A stretch of DNA of 64,000 nt from a virus (taxonomy: Duplodnaviria; Caudoviricetes). Location: the IMG/VR virus record IMGVR_UViG_3300032300_000824, positions 65,885 to 129,884 of that record. One strand, given 5' to 3'. Positions 20,065 to 31,464 of the stretch are shown here, piece by piece (the stretch's first letter is position 1; every line of letters begins with the position of its first letter). The notes below the pieces were generated by a model. It was not told where the DNA came from and searched no databases. It saw only the letters and a list, made by a program, of their open reading frames with translations. A program made the translations under genes and the position numbers.

Positions 20065-22353
20065 TTAAAAGCAGGTTTTTAACCTAAAAATATTATAAGC
20101 ATTAATGCAATTTTGTTTCATGGTTTCTATTTTATCAACAGAGATTGATTTTAATATTTCAAAAACATTGTTTAAATCATTTCTAGATATAGTAACTGAG
20201 AAGTCGTCCCAATTATAGCCTTCAATATTTGGTCTGATCCACTCGTTTTCAAACAGCACTGGGATAGACCCAGTAGCCATACTTTCCCAAAGCCTAATAG
20301 TATTCAGGCCGGTTCCTTCTGGACACAAACTAAACACAGAATCAGATAATACGGTGTTGTATTCAAAGGTCTCAACCTCTTCTAGACTAACCTCATACTC
20401 TGATAGCGTTTGTTTTTTTATTTGTTTTTTGTACACATTATTATTAAAAAACCATACATCTTTTACCTTAATGTAAACCTCATCATTATCTTTTAATGTT
20501 TGATATAGCTGTTCTCTTATGTCAGATGAATACCATTTGTTATGTGCTCCTATAAAAGAGCATAAATATTTTTTTTCTTGATTTTTTTTGATTTTGATTC
20601 CTTTGTTTCTATTAGGATTCTCTATATTAACTGCACATATATGCCATGGAAATAGATTTATTCCTTCTAGAGAGAGACTGTATGATTTTTGTTTTAAATG
20701 TGACAGATGAATATTTCTAATTCCAATTTTTTTCCAAAATCCTAACAGTTTATGCCAATTTATATGCTGACAGACTGTGTGCGTATTTTTATTGGATGGA
20801 ATTTCAATCTTATCAAATATCTCTTCCAAATAATTTTTACAGCTAGGCTCATCTAAAAAATCATCGCATTTAGAAAATTGTCTTTGTAAAGTATCTATTA
20901 TAGATGCCCATGAGCAAGCAACATAAAAATTATCTACAAAATTATAATTATCTATATTGCTATGGTTATAAAAAGATTGCTTTTCTGTTATTGCCGGGAA
21001 TTGCCAAGGAACAGATTTAACTTCTAAAATTTTACTATCCTCAGAAACACTAATTCCAATATTGTTTATTTCTTTTTTAAATTCACTACTTTCTTGTCGA
21101 GTTTTAGCTATTACTAATTGCTTGGATGCTATTTTAGAAGACAAATAACTAAAACTACTAAAATTTGATCCTATTATCTTGGATGTTTTGGATAATAAAA
21201 ATAAATCTACTACAGCATCATCTTGATGATATTTAGGCTCATGTACAAAAACACTATTAAAGAACACTTTTTCTTGATTATAAATTATTTTGTTTCCATA
21301 TCTATTTATAAATTTTCTGTTTGTCTCTTCACTATCTGTTGATAAGAAAAATTTCACATCAGGATTTTTATCGATCTCTTTATCCAATAAATAAAAAAAA
21401 CTTTGATCATCAGATATTTTAAATTTATCTTTAATCCTACTATTCCATGCGTCTCCCCTTCTTACGTGCACGCCAACCGTATTATTATCAAAAGTATTGG
21501 AGACCGCATCTATTTTATCTTGTATCCACTGAACAGGGTGTAGGAGAGAATAAAAATGGTTTTGTTCTTTAAAAAACTTTGGCATCATATATTCTAAACA
21601 GGAATCTCCTTCGTAACAAAAGTCTTCTGTCATAATTTTGTAGTATATGTTTTTCTCAGAATCAAAAAAAGTATAAGACAGACCATTTTCTTCTTTGTTG
21701 ATACTAGATTGTAAATTAAAAATTTTTTGACCTTTTGCGGAGAATTCATCACTGTCTATAAAATTAACAGACTGGTTGGTGTTGAATAGGTCTGTAAATT
21801 TATCGTCCGACCAACCTTGTCCTTTTTCCCAACAAACAAATAAGTTTTTTCCACAAGATTCACTTAAGCTATAAAAAGAATTGACAGTTCTGATTCGGTT
21901 GGCTAATCCATTCTGAACTTTTATATATATGTTTTTTCTATATTTTTGTGGTATTGAGTAATGAGTTATGGCTAATTTTTTTTTAGTCAAAATAGCAGAT
22001 TGCTGCTCTTGGATTGCTTTAGTTGTAATCTCACAACTACCCCAGCCAGTTTTTGAACAAATATCCTCTGCTTTAGCAATATAATCAGAGGCCAAAACAA
22101 ATTGATCTTGATTTAGAAATACCTTAGATAATCCTAAGCACGCCCAAGGAGTCTGACCAATTCGTAATGCCTTTTCGTAAAGTGTTATCTTTTCATGATC
22201 TCTATCATCTAGACAGTTGGCATATCTTATTAAGAGCTTAAAATCTTGTGTCTCTTCTGTAACTATTTGTTCATATATACTTCTAGCTTCGACGTGACGA
22301 CCACTCAATTGTAGTTCGTATGCTTTTTCTTTTTGTTCTGTTATATTGTTCAC
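20065..22353 (-). CDS. Multidomain glycosyltransferase: TPR-like + fucosyltransferase-like + exostosin (GT47)-like
   Basis: GLANRI, GVHVRRGD, SSFS; C-terminal SVFSLCPEG.GLNTIRLWES. Confidence 0.75.
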   Translation of the reverse strand: MNNITEQKEKAYELQLSGRHVEARSIYEQIVTEETQDFKLLIRYANCLDDRDHEKITLYEKALRIGQTPWACLGLSKVFLNQDQFVLASDYIAKAEDICSKTGWGSCEITTKAIQEQQSAILTKKKLAITHYSIPQKYRKNIYIKVQNGLANRIRTVNSFYSLSESCGKNLFVCWEKGQGWSDDKFTDLFNTNQSVNFIDSDEFSAKGQKIFNLQSSINKEENGLSYTFFDSEKNIYYKIMTEDFCYEGDSCLEYMMPKFFKEQNHFYSLLHPVQWIQDKIDAVSNTFDNNTVGVHVRRGDAWNSRIKDKFKISDDQSFFYLLDKEIDKNPDVKFFLSTDSEETNRKFINRYGNKIIYNQEKVFFNSVFVHEPKYHQDDAVVDLFLLSKTSKIIGSNFSSFSYLSSKIASKQLVIAKTRQESSEFKKEINNIGISVSEDSKILEVKSVPWQFPAITEKQSFYNHSNIDNYNFVDNFYVACSWASIIDTLQRQFSKCDDFLDEPSCKNYLEEIFDKIEIPSNKNTHTVCQHINWHKLLGFWKKIGIRNIHLSHLKQKSYSLSLEGINLFPWHICAVNIENPNRNKGIKIKKNQEKKYLCSFIGAHNKWYSSDIREQLYQTLKDNDEVYIKVKDVWFFNNNVYKKQIKKQTLSEYEVSLEEVETFEYNTVLSDSVFSLCPEGTGLNTIRLWESMATGSIPVLFENEWIRPNIEGYNWDDFSVTISRNDLNNVFEILKSISVDKIETMKQNCINAYNIFRLKTCF

Positions 22354-22412
22354 GAAATAATAAAATCCTAATTTAGACTAAAGTATTCAGTAATTAATGT
22401 TTTTCATTATTT

Positions 22413-23189
22413 TTAGGAGGGACATTCCTGATTTAAAACTTTTTCTAGCCAGTCGTTCATAGAACATCCTATAATATTTTTTGTATTTAAAGACATTATT
22501 TGAATGTCTATTTTAGAAGCTTCTGTCTCTTTACAAGGATATACAAAAGCCAATCCTCCAATATTATTAATTTCAATAGGGTCATATGTTCTAACATTAG
22601 ATAAATGTTTGTGGTAGCACTTGATAGTGTTGCACGGGTTGTACAAATTCCATCCGTATATACTCATAAGATAAGCAAATTTATTATCACAACGAAATTG
22701 TCCAGTAGGTATATCTAATTTAGGTAAAAAGTTTATATTTTGAATATGATCCCCGTTTATTGCCCAAACATCCTGAGACCAATGTGGATTTGGATGAAGT
22801 TTTGTAGAGTTTAATAGATCTTCATATCTAGATAAACAAATAATATTATTTGGTTCTGTTAAATAATCTGGTATTTTATTAATTGATTCATCAAAATAAA
22901 TATCAGCATTAGAAAATAAAGAGATGGTGTTTGAAGAAGAGTGTTCGATCCAATTTTTATACGTAGGCATTTTATCTAAACAAATAAAATTTAATTTATT
23001 ACAATATGGATGAAGTTCTTCGTTTTCAAAAAAATGATAAAAATTAGAACTTTTTGTTTTTTGGTCTAAAAAGATATTGATTTGATTAATATAGGGATTT
23101 TTTAAATTATTAATCAGACAGGAATCTAATTCGAATTGTCTTTCTATAGAATTAGAAATAAAGTAGGTTGTATATAGGTTAATTTTCAT
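22413..23189 (-). CDS. Putative glycosyltransferase (DxD type)
   Basis: NADIYFD, SQDVW, CDNKF; same domain begins 29643-31433. Confidence 0.6.
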   Translation of the reverse strand: MKINLYTTYFISNSIERQFELDSCLINNLKNPYINQINIFLDQKTKSSNFYHFFENEELHPYCNKLNFICLDKMPTYKNWIEHSSSNTISLFSNADIYFDESINKIPDYLTEPNNIICLSRYEDLLNSTKLHPNPHWSQDVWAINGDHIQNINFLPKLDIPTGQFRCDNKFAYLMSIYGWNLYNPCNTIKCYHKHLSNVRTYDPIEINNIGGLAFVYPCKETEASKIDIQIMSLNTKNIIGCSMNDWLEKVLNQECPS

Positions 23190-24193
23190 AATTCGTTTAA
23201 ATCTATTGTGATATTATATTTTTCATCTGCTTCTATAATAAGATGATTATAGTTTTGAGCCATCTTAAAACAATTTCTAAAATTATAACATATTCTATTA
23301 TTTGGACAAAATTCTATAATTTTTGTTTCTGAGTTACAAAATATAGTATTAACAAATAATGATCCATGTGCCCCTAGTATAGTTTTAGCATTACCAAAAT
23401 ATTTTACGATATCTTTTAATGGTTCTTTACCGGTCAATATAATAAAGTCTTTTTTTGTTAATGATTCAATAACTTCTTTTTCATTAAGAACGCCTCTAGA
23501 TCCTACTTGAATATGATTTCTACTTAAGTATAAATTATACTTAGGTTCAATATCTTGTATGTCAAAATATTTAAAGTATTGATTTAATATCCATAAATAT
23601 GCTTCTTTGTCCATTTCTGTAGGTACTGTTGGAGATATTGAATAAATTAGTTTTGAAATATGTAAATTATTATTTAGGATCAAATCTTTTTCTGTAATAG
23701 TTCTATTAGTCAAAATAGATAGATGTTTTATAAAGTCTATTATATTATGATATTCAGAGACTATAAATTTAATATTTTTATCATGTAGCAATTCTCTTAT
23801 AGGATACAGTCTTTGAAAGGTATCAAATAAATGACCAAAAGCATAATATCCAAAAGGATGAGTTAAATCAATACAGGTGTCTCTGACCTCTGTAAAATCT
23901 GTATTGAAAGATTCTTTATTATATTTTTTTAAAATAGCCCCTGTTCTTTTACTCACCTCTTGATTAAATAAGGTGTCGTCCTTATAGTATCCACATATAC
24001 ATTCTGGTTGCCAGAAAATTTGTTCATGAAGAGTAGACTCTATTACCTTTTGATTTTTATCAAATATAATACCATCTAACATAAATATATCATTAAATGA
24101 GTATGCTAGTTTTTTATGTCCAAAATAATTATGTCGATTACAATTTAAAAAACTGTATGATTTTTTCTTAGGTAAATTGAATTGGATTGTCAT
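23186..24193 (-). CDS. GT61 (DUF563)-like glycosyltransferase
   Basis: FGHLFD, YLSR, NEKEV, GAHGS...IIEF. Confidence 0.75.
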   Translation of the reverse strand: MTIQFNLPKKKSYSFLNCNRHNYFGHKKLAYSFNDIFMLDGIIFDKNQKVIESTLHEQIFWQPECICGYYKDDTLFNQEVSKRTGAILKKYNKESFNTDFTEVRDTCIDLTHPFGYYAFGHLFDTFQRLYPIRELLHDKNIKFIVSEYHNIIDFIKHLSILTNRTITEKDLILNNNLHISKLIYSISPTVPTEMDKEAYLWILNQYFKYFDIQDIEPKYNLYLSRNHIQVGSRGVLNEKEVIESLTKKDFIILTGKEPLKDIVKYFGNAKTILGAHGSLFVNTIFCNSETKIIEFCPNNRICYNFRNCFKMAQNYNHLIIEADEKYNITIDLNEL

Positions 24194-24990
24194 GATAGTA
24201 AATCTTTAACGTCTGTGTCGTATACAAACCAGTCTTTTGGGCTTTTGTAATAAGTACTATTACCAAGTATGTATGCAAGATGGCTAAACCCGCTAGGAGA
24301 CCCAACAACAATATCTGCATTAACCATATGATAAAAAACTTCAGTATTTGATTTGTATACTAATGAATGAGGAGAAAATTCGTCTAGCATACTAAAGTCT
24401 TCTATATTTGGCTGAGAAGCTATGTAAATATTATATTGTGTAGTCTGAGAAGATATAATCTGTTTGATAGCATTATAGAAATAGCTAATGGGCAAAATTC
24501 TTCCTGGTATTCCAATAGCATCTCCTCTTCTGATATGTACAATCAAATTATTGTTTGTGTTATATGGGTTTTTATTATGGTAAATTGGACGTAAAGCATT
24601 TTTATGTTTTTTATAGAGTTTTAGCAGTAGAGATCTATTGTTTCCATTTTTAAGCAATTCGTTAAAAATATTAGAATCTTCTACTAGATTTAGATCTAGA
24701 TTGTATATGGTCTGTGTTTCAGTAAGAGAAGATATGTCTTCGGGTTTATTTATTTTTTTATTTATTGCTTCTGGTTTTTGTTGAAAACAATATTTTTGTT
24801 GAGCATAATCTAATTCATGCAGAGAAGAGAAGGATAGCACGTCCTCAAACTGTGCGGAAGCTCCTATAAAAGGAGTATATACTAGTTGAAGATCGTAAAG
24901 TTCGCATATAACTAAAGCAGAAAAATAGTTACACACTTGGTGTCCTATTCCAGCTCCTCTATTCTGTGTAATGTAAAAATAATTTTTCAT
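24190..24990 (-). CDS. Fucosyltransferase-like glycosyltransferase
   Basis: GIGHQ, VHIRRGD, SGFS. Confidence 0.7.
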   Translation of the reverse strand: MKNYFYITQNRGAGIGHQVCNYFSALVICELYDLQLVYTPFIGASAQFEDVLSFSSLHELDYAQQKYCFQQKPEAINKKINKPEDISSLTETQTIYNLDLNLVEDSNIFNELLKNGNNRSLLLKLYKKHKNALRPIYHNKNPYNTNNNLIVHIRRGDAIGIPGRILPISYFYNAIKQIISSQTTQYNIYIASQPNIEDFSMLDEFSPHSLVYKSNTEVFYHMVNADIVVGSPSGFSHLAYILGNSTYYKSPKDWFVYDTDVKDLLS

Positions 24991-25964
24991 TGTGATAGGT
25001 TAATAATATCTATTATTTCTTCAATATTTACTATTAAATCTGCTGTTCTCTCGATTGACAGATATCCTTGCGTACCAACTAAGGGATTTTGCCATTTTTT
25101 CCAATCGCAATTAACCACAAAAACTTCTTGATTTAAATCATGAGTATAAATATGCTCAACACTCCAGTCTCTGTCTTCGTAAGAGGGATTTTTTGATTTT
25201 AAATACCAATCTTCTGTCTCAAGACTTTTTGCTTTCAAAATTATTAATTTGCAAGATTCTTTTGTTAATTTACACTCTGCAAAACTTGCTCCCCAAGGTG
25301 AAATATAAAAATCGGCCGAGTAGTATGTCTCTACTATTTTTTGTGAGCTGTTTGATTTAAACCATTCGTGTCCATTGATAAACTCTACTTCAAAATTAAT
25401 TTTAAGTTTTTCGATAAGCTCACGCAAATTAAGTATTTCTCTTCCATGAGATGTATCATTATGAATAAGTATTTTTTTTGTTTTTTTTTCTTTATTTTTT
25501 AATTGATAGTTGTCAAATAAATTTTTTCTAATTTCTGGCCATAAGGTTTTTCTATTTTCTCTATATTTTAATTCTCTACAATTTGTTGGAAGTATTATTT
25601 TTTTGCACTCATAGATTTGATTTTTTTCTGCTATTTGTATTTTATTTTTTACTTCTATAGATAGAGAATTTATAGTAAAAGAAAAAAAATGATCATTATT
25701 TTCTTTACAAAGAATTATATTATCTATATTTTTTATTCCTATTTTTTCTGATCTAGTTGCACACACATAAAAATTATATAGCCATTCATTTTGAAAATGA
25801 CTCACATTTCCATCCATGTTCAATAAAACTAAACTCGTATTCGGTATTTTTATTTCATTTATGTTTTTGGGCAATTCTAATTTATCTGTATATATTTTTG
25901 AATTAAAAATAATTACATTTTCTAAAATACTATATAGTTGATTCATTATATATATCTCCAGCAA
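24987..25964 (-). CDS. GT61-like glycosyltransferase
   Basis: NVSHF, REILN, ISPWGAS. Confidence 0.6.
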   Translation of the reverse strand: MLEIYIMNQLYSILENVIIFNSKIYTDKLELPKNINEIKIPNTSLVLLNMDGNVSHFQNEWLYNFYVCATRSEKIGIKNIDNIILCKENNDHFFSFTINSLSIEVKNKIQIAEKNQIYECKKIILPTNCRELKYRENRKTLWPEIRKNLFDNYQLKNKEKKTKKILIHNDTSHGREILNLRELIEKLKINFEVEFINGHEWFKSNSSQKIVETYYSADFYISPWGASFAECKLTKESCKLIILKAKSLETEDWYLKSKNPSYEDRDWSVEHIYTHDLNQEVFVVNCDWKKWQNPLVGTQGYLSIERTADLIVNIEEIIDIINLSQ

Positions 25965-25989
25965 AGATGCTTCTCATAAAAATGTTTCA

Positions 25990-26205
25990 TTATATACTTT
26001 TATTTATTATCATTTCTTCTGAGAACGTAGAGATAACGATAGTATGAATATCTTTTGTAAGATTTAAATCAGATAATGTATACCAAATATAATCTACAGA
26101 ATTTTCATATGGAATCTCGAAAGGTATTAGTGCTACTTCTATATCCCAAGAATTGTCTTTTTTGATACGGTAATATTCTACTTTTCTAAGCTCTGATGTT
26201 GACAT
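25990..26205 (-). CDS. Hypothetical protein
   Basis: ORF track. Confidence 0.55.
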   Translation of the reverse strand: MSTSELRKVEYYRIKKDNSWDIEVALIPFEIPYENSVDYIWYTLSDLNLTKDIHTIVISTFSEEMIINKSI

Positions 26206-26217
26206 ATTAAGATAGTC

Positions 26218-27219
26218 CTATTGGTATTGTATTTTTGATATGGTTCCTATAAAATATAGAAAACCACAGGGTTTTATGACTTTAGTGACCGTCCAGTCAA
26301 CTTGTTCTTTAGCAGATGATCTGTCGAAATTTTCTTGAGATACTTTTATGAGAAGTTTACCTTTGAACTCCTTTGTTATTTTTAAAACTACTCTTTCATA
26401 ATAACACCAACAGTCCCACAAGTCTTGAGTTGATTTTTCGGTATCATTAATAATTAATTCGATCTTTCCAGAATATGGTCCAATATTTTGATAAAGTCCC
26501 ATAACTTCTGCACTACCGACAATAGATATTTCTTCGTAAATAGTTTTAGGCTCTATAAGCATTTTTTGAATATTGCTATATTTAGTTTTGGAAATATCTG
26601 AAAAGTTGAGGTTGTTGAATGGAAGTATTTTTTCTAAAAAAGTTTGATATATAAACTCACCATAAATTTTACTACCAAATTCTAAAGTATGGACAGTATC
26701 TCTATATAAATCTTTTATTGATAAGTCTTTAACATGTTCTCTAAGATCAATATATGGAATACTGTATTTTTTAGCATAGGCTATTGCTTGATTATACATA
26801 TCTATTCTTTTATCTGTCATATGCTGCTCGGATCCTGACAAAAACAAAAAAATAATTTGACAATTGTTATTGATAAACTTATCTCTAAATGTATCTAAAT
26901 ATACTATAAGCTCTGATTCTGAAGGGACATATCCAGTACTAAACCAATCAATGAAACAATAATTAGGATTTCCAGATAAAACATCATCTATAAAACACAT
27001 ACCGGCATCTCTTATATGAAGAGAACCATATGCGTATTTAGTAATCTCAAATTTTTGAATAACGTCTAATGTCTGAAAAATATCAACATATCCTCCTTTC
27101 TGTCCAGTTACTGATGCTCCAAAAAACGCTAATCTAATAGGTGTTTCTATTATTTGATCAAAAATATCCGCAGGCCCATCAAGTGAAGACCCCAAATATT
27201 TTTCTTCCATTTTATCCAT
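26218..27219 (-). CDS. SGNH/GDSL-like hydrolase
   Basis: FFGASVT and DTVH motifs. Confidence 0.65.
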   Translation of the reverse strand: MDKMEEKYLGSSLDGPADIFDQIIETPIRLAFFGASVTGQKGGYVDIFQTLDVIQKFEITKYAYGSLHIRDAGMCFIDDVLSGNPNYCFIDWFSTGYVPSESELIVYLDTFRDKFINNNCQIIFLFLSGSEQHMTDKRIDMYNQAIAYAKKYSIPYIDLREHVKDLSIKDLYRDTVHTLEFGSKIYGEFIYQTFLEKILPFNNLNFSDISKTKYSNIQKMLIEPKTIYEEISIVGSAEVMGLYQNIGPYSGKIELIINDTEKSTQDLWDCWCYYERVVLKITKEFKGKLLIKVSQENFDRSSAKEQVDWTVTKVIKPCGFLYFIGTISKIQYQ

Positions 27220-27232
27220 AAAGACTCCTTAA

Positions 27233-28678
27233 TTATCTTATGTGCGATAAGTATTCTAGAATTTGTTGGTATTTTTTTTCTTTTATCCAGTTACGATGTT
27301 CTACTATCGGTTGTTTTAGCCATTCAAAAACCATGAGAGAAGCATCTTCTAAAGACTTTTGATAAACTTCGGGAGCCCAACTATATTTAGCTTGTGTAGT
27401 ACGATTACAAATAAAATAATTTTTATCCTTACTTATAATTTCAAAATTTTGCAATTCAAATGAGCTGTTCCAAAGTTCGCTATTCAAGCAGCATTGTTTG
27501 TGTAATTCTGTTAATAAATACGGATGAAATTTAGTAGTAGAATGGTTTACTCTTGTGTTATTGTCGTGAGGGACATGATATATGGTATTAAGATTAAATA
27601 ATTTTTTGTGTAGTCCTAGCAATAGTAGTCTTGAGGTAAAATCAGAGTCATCCCAGCCATAGTCTATAATAATTTCATTATATCCATTAATACTAAAATA
27701 ATCATTTATATCTAAGTATATAATTCCATGAGTAAATTTTTCATTATCATCTCTTGCACATAAGTAGTCGCTAACGTAAAACTCTCCTGATTTTATAACA
27801 TGTTTATCTAAAAATTTTTGATCTGTTATGTTGATATCCGTATCAAGTTTTAAAATCTTGTTGTATCTGCAAAATTTAGCTCCTAGATTTTGAGCGTATG
27901 ATCTTATATAATTAGTCTCGTTCTCTACTCTAACATATCTAATTTTATCATTATTGAATTTCTCTAGTATGGAAAGAAGAGATTCGTCCGAACACCAATC
28001 TACTATTATAAGTTCATCAATACCAGAAGACAGCCAACTTCCAATATTTTTAATTAGATGTGATGTTCTATTTTTTATACATACTAGTGCTGTTGTTCCT
28101 TCTAGTATTTTTTCATTACAGATATTATTTTGTCTTTTAGAGTTATTTATTTTATATTTTTGTTTAGTTAAGTTTAAAGAATTTATATGTTGATAATCAA
28201 TATAAGGATTATAGATTAATTTTTTATCATATCCGTTATGAGTGTTAAGTATATTATATCTAGGATATTCCTGTTTGTATAATATAATTTTAAAAGGTTC
28301 TATTATTTTATTTTCGGTATTTAGTAAACAAATTTTTATTTTACGACAAGTTATATTGCACTTAAAAATAGCTATATCTTTGCTATGTTTGAAATTAGTA
28401 TTCAAAAAAGTATTTTTTTCATGAACCCATGTATCTTTATCTGGTAATAGATAAGAGATATTAAGTTTTATGTGTCTTGAATTTTTTGTAATAATTTTAA
28501 TTTGTTGTATGCTATATGAATTTTCGAAATGAAAAGTAATTGGACTCATTTCTTCGATATTATCAGGAGCCCAAAACCCTTCATATGTAGAGTCTAGAGA
28601 ATCTATTCTATTATGATTTGCAGAACATGTAATCTGACTTGGGTTAAGGAGGATTTTTTGTAACATAACTAAGCTCAC
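27233..28678 (-). CDS. GT2/galactosyltransferase-like protein with N-terminal beta domain
   Basis: KNR, VDWCS, LDTD, GYNE..YGWDDSD. Confidence 0.75.
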   Translation of the reverse strand: MSLVMLQKILLNPSQITCSANHNRIDSLDSTYEGFWAPDNIEEMSPITFHFENSYSIQQIKIITKNSRHIKLNISYLLPDKDTWVHEKNTFLNTNFKHSKDIAIFKCNITCRKIKICLLNTENKIIEPFKIILYKQEYPRYNILNTHNGYDKKLIYNPYIDYQHINSLNLTKQKYKINNSKRQNNICNEKILEGTTALVCIKNRTSHLIKNIGSWLSSGIDELIIVDWCSDESLLSILEKFNNDKIRYVRVENETNYIRSYAQNLGAKFCRYNKILKLDTDINITDQKFLDKHVIKSGEFYVSDYLCARDDNEKFTHGIIYLDINDYFSINGYNEIIIDYGWDDSDFTSRLLLLGLHKKLFNLNTIYHVPHDNNTRVNHSTTKFHPYLLTELHKQCCLNSELWNSSFELQNFEIISKDKNYFICNRTTQAKYSWAPEVYQKSLEDASLMVFEWLKQPIVEHRNWIKEKKYQQILEYLSHIR

Positions 28679-29628
28679 TTAAAAAGTATATTAAAGTTTG
28701 GGGTTTCGCAATTTCTCATTTTGTGGAAAAAATTATCAGCAAAATACTTTTCAGCATCAATATTGATTTCATATCTTGTAAAAATAGCTTCTAAAGTATC
28801 TACGAATTTTTTTCTATATTTTTTTGCTAAGTCTATATGGTCTTGTCTAATTTTGTTTGGGTCTTTTGGGTTATTTACAAAGTACTCAACTGCTGAAGAT
28901 ATTTGTTTTGGATTATCTTCACATATAATTGAGTTGTGTTCATTATACCAAACATTTCTTCCTCCATAAGAATGCGTAGAAACTACTGGTATCCCACATA
29001 ATAGATATTCACTAGAACTAAAACATGCTCCTTCTTTGTAAGATAAAATTAAGCCAGACCTTGCCTGATTAATTAATTTTGGTATATCTTGATGAGGAAT
29101 TGGTTCTGTTGGACAAAAAATACTATCAGGCATTTTATAGTCTATGTCATGATAGTAGTTCGATCCAGCGGTTATCAGTGCTAAATTTTTAACATTACTA
29201 GCGAGATAATGTCTTTTAAATTTAGATTTTCTAGACATTAATATAGCATCATATTGTTTATCTACAGGATATATAGAAAAAAGGTTTTCGTCTAGCCAGC
29301 AATTATGGTTAATAATTTCTCCAGTAAAACCATACTTATATAGGATAGATTGTTCTAGAGAAGAATTAAAAAGAAAAAAGAAATTTTTTTTATTCAGTTT
29401 TAAATTTTCAAAGATAGTATTATATACTTCAGCAAACCAGTCGTCATGAAACCATCCACAATACACAAAGAAAAAATCGGTATCTTTAATTTTATCTTTA
29501 TATTCATTTAACCAATTATAGTTATGCATTATGTTTTCAATAATATAAAGATTTAATTTTTCACTTTTATAATAATGTCGGAATGGTATGGTTGGACTAG
29601 GCCAAACATATGGTGATTTATATATCAT
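28675..29628 (-). CDS. GT-B glycosyltransferase
   Basis: EGACFSSSEYLLCGIPVVST. Confidence 0.7.
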   Translation of the reverse strand: MIYKSPYVWPSPTIPFRHYYKSEKLNLYIIENIMHNYNWLNEYKDKIKDTDFFFVYCGWFHDDWFAEVYNTIFENLKLNKKNFFFLFNSSLEQSILYKYGFTGEIINHNCWLDENLFSIYPVDKQYDAILMSRKSKFKRHYLASNVKNLALITAGSNYYHDIDYKMPDSIFCPTEPIPHQDIPKLINQARSGLILSYKEGACFSSSEYLLCGIPVVSTHSYGGRNVWYNEHNSIICEDNPKQISSAVEYFVNNPKDPNKIRQDHIDLAKKYRKKFVDTLEAIFTRYEINIDAEKYFADNFFHKMRNCETPNFNILFK

Positions 29629-29642
29629 GTATTAGTTCTTTT

Positions 29643-31433
29643 TTAATAAAAACAGATAAGTTCATTAAAAGCTTTGTATGCGTTCAATGCATTCATTTGC
29701 ATATTCTTTATTTGTTCTGGAGTAATAGAAAGTAAAATATCTAGTGTTTTTGAGTATTCGTTCATGGGTATTCGTATAGAAAAACTTTCCCATTCATATT
29801 TATTTAACTTTGGTGGTTCCCAGGTGTCTGAGTATATTACGGGTATTACTCCTACTGACAGACTCTCCCACACCCTGAGAGTGTTGGGACCAGCACCTTC
29901 TGGACAGAGAGAAAAGATAGAATTACTAAGTATTTCATTATATCTCTTTTGTTGAGACTCTAAGATCTGATTATCTTGATAAGTCCAGGGCATATTTTTT
30001 GTTTGGTAATCAAAAACATATTTTTGATAAAACCACTTGTCTGTTAGTTCGTATATAAATGGATACTTTTCAGATTTTAGATTTTCACAATAATCTTTAA
30101 GTTGGTATCTAATTTGAGATTTGTGAGCTATTGTCACCGATCCAATGAATGAAAACAAATATTTTTTATCATATAAGTTATATTGCATATTACTATGTTT
30201 AAAATTACTAGCAGTTAATTTCCAAGGATGTATTCGTATATTTTCTCTATTAGACGTTTCTTTTTTATAATGAGAAACATAAAGATCTGTTATTCTTAAT
30301 TTTTTACAGATAGGGATTATTCTATCCCAGTGGATGTGCTGACACACCGTGTGTATATTTTTATCTTCTATTTTTTGTATGTTTAATTCTGCTTTTGTTA
30401 GGGTATCAAATACATCTTCTGTGTCTTTACCATATACCGTAGCATTATCTATCAATGAAGCCCATGGAAATCCTATATAGATATTAGAAGGATCTTGGGA
30501 ATTCATGTATAGGTGTTTAATATAGGCATCTTTTTCTGTTGTAGCAGGATGTTGCCACTTCATGTCTTTTGTTAAGAGGATTACGTTTTCTTGCTCAAAG
30601 TTCAAACTATAACTAGGTCTTCTCTTTGATTCTCGGTAGTCAATATGTACGCAAAAAATATTTGGATACAAATTGACAAAATCTATATTGCTATAAACTA
30701 AATTATTTTTAAGTATTCTGTCACAATTTTCATAGCCTAGAAATAAGTTAGTATTAATTTTATTGATATTTTTAAGATTATCTTTAAAAATCCAACAATC
30801 TTGTGAATATATATGATTTATTTCTATAGAGTTTTCTTTATAAAGTTCTTTGCTATTAACAATATCTCCGTCTTTGGTTTGATCTTTTCTAGTCAAAGCA
30901 TACATTTTCGTATCATCAAATTTACAAGATTTTAATGTCCTAATAGAATCTAATAAATATATGTCAGAGTTAGTTAAAATTTTAATATATTCTGGATAGT
31001 GTTTGGAAGAATAGTCTATCCAATATTTATATGTTAGTCTTTCTTCTATTGGAGATGTTGAAACTTTTTCCCAGTGAGCTGGTTTAGATTTTAAATTATC
31101 TTCACTATTTTTTTCATAGAAGATATGTATTTTATCAATATGTTCATTATCTATGTTTTTTAGTATACATTTAAATCTATCCCATTCTGTAGACTCGTCA
31201 AGATACCACTGTAAAAATACTATTATTTTATTATCTTCTGGTGCATCTAATATGTAATGAGAGAGTGGATACGTTTTACTTTGAGAATAATATTCTCTTT
31301 GTTCATATTTACCATGAGATAAATAATGTAATACAGCTTGGTTTTCGTTCACTATTCCTGCATTGAGAAGATCTGGATGAATACTAAGATAATATTTCCA
31401 GTCAAAATTTTTAGGTAGATTTTTATTATACAT
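29643..31433 (-). CDS. Fusion glycosyltransferase with exostosin (GT47)-like C-terminus
   Basis: FDWKYY...HYLSHG N-module, NSDIY/SQDCW domain, LCPEGAGPNTLRVWES. Confidence 0.75.
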   Translation of the reverse strand: MYNKNLPKNFDWKYYLSIHPDLLNAGIVNENQAVLHYLSHGKYEQREYYSQSKTYPLSHYILDAPEDNKIIVFLQWYLDESTEWDRFKCILKNIDNEHIDKIHIFYEKNSEDNLKSKPAHWEKVSTSPIEERLTYKYWIDYSSKHYPEYIKILTNSDIYLLDSIRTLKSCKFDDTKMYALTRKDQTKDGDIVNSKELYKENSIEINHIYSQDCWIFKDNLKNINKINTNLFLGYENCDRILKNNLVYSNIDFVNLYPNIFCVHIDYRESKRRPSYSLNFEQENVILLTKDMKWQHPATTEKDAYIKHLYMNSQDPSNIYIGFPWASLIDNATVYGKDTEDVFDTLTKAELNIQKIEDKNIHTVCQHIHWDRIIPICKKLRITDLYVSHYKKETSNRENIRIHPWKLTASNFKHSNMQYNLYDKKYLFSFIGSVTIAHKSQIRYQLKDYCENLKSEKYPFIYELTDKWFYQKYVFDYQTKNMPWTYQDNQILESQQKRYNEILSNSIFSLCPEGAGPNTLRVWESLSVGVIPVIYSDTWEPPKLNKYEWESFSIRIPMNEYSKTLDILLSITPEQIKNMQMNALNAYKAFNELICFY

Positions 31434-31464
31434 TATTTGATTTATTAAATACCATTATTGCATA

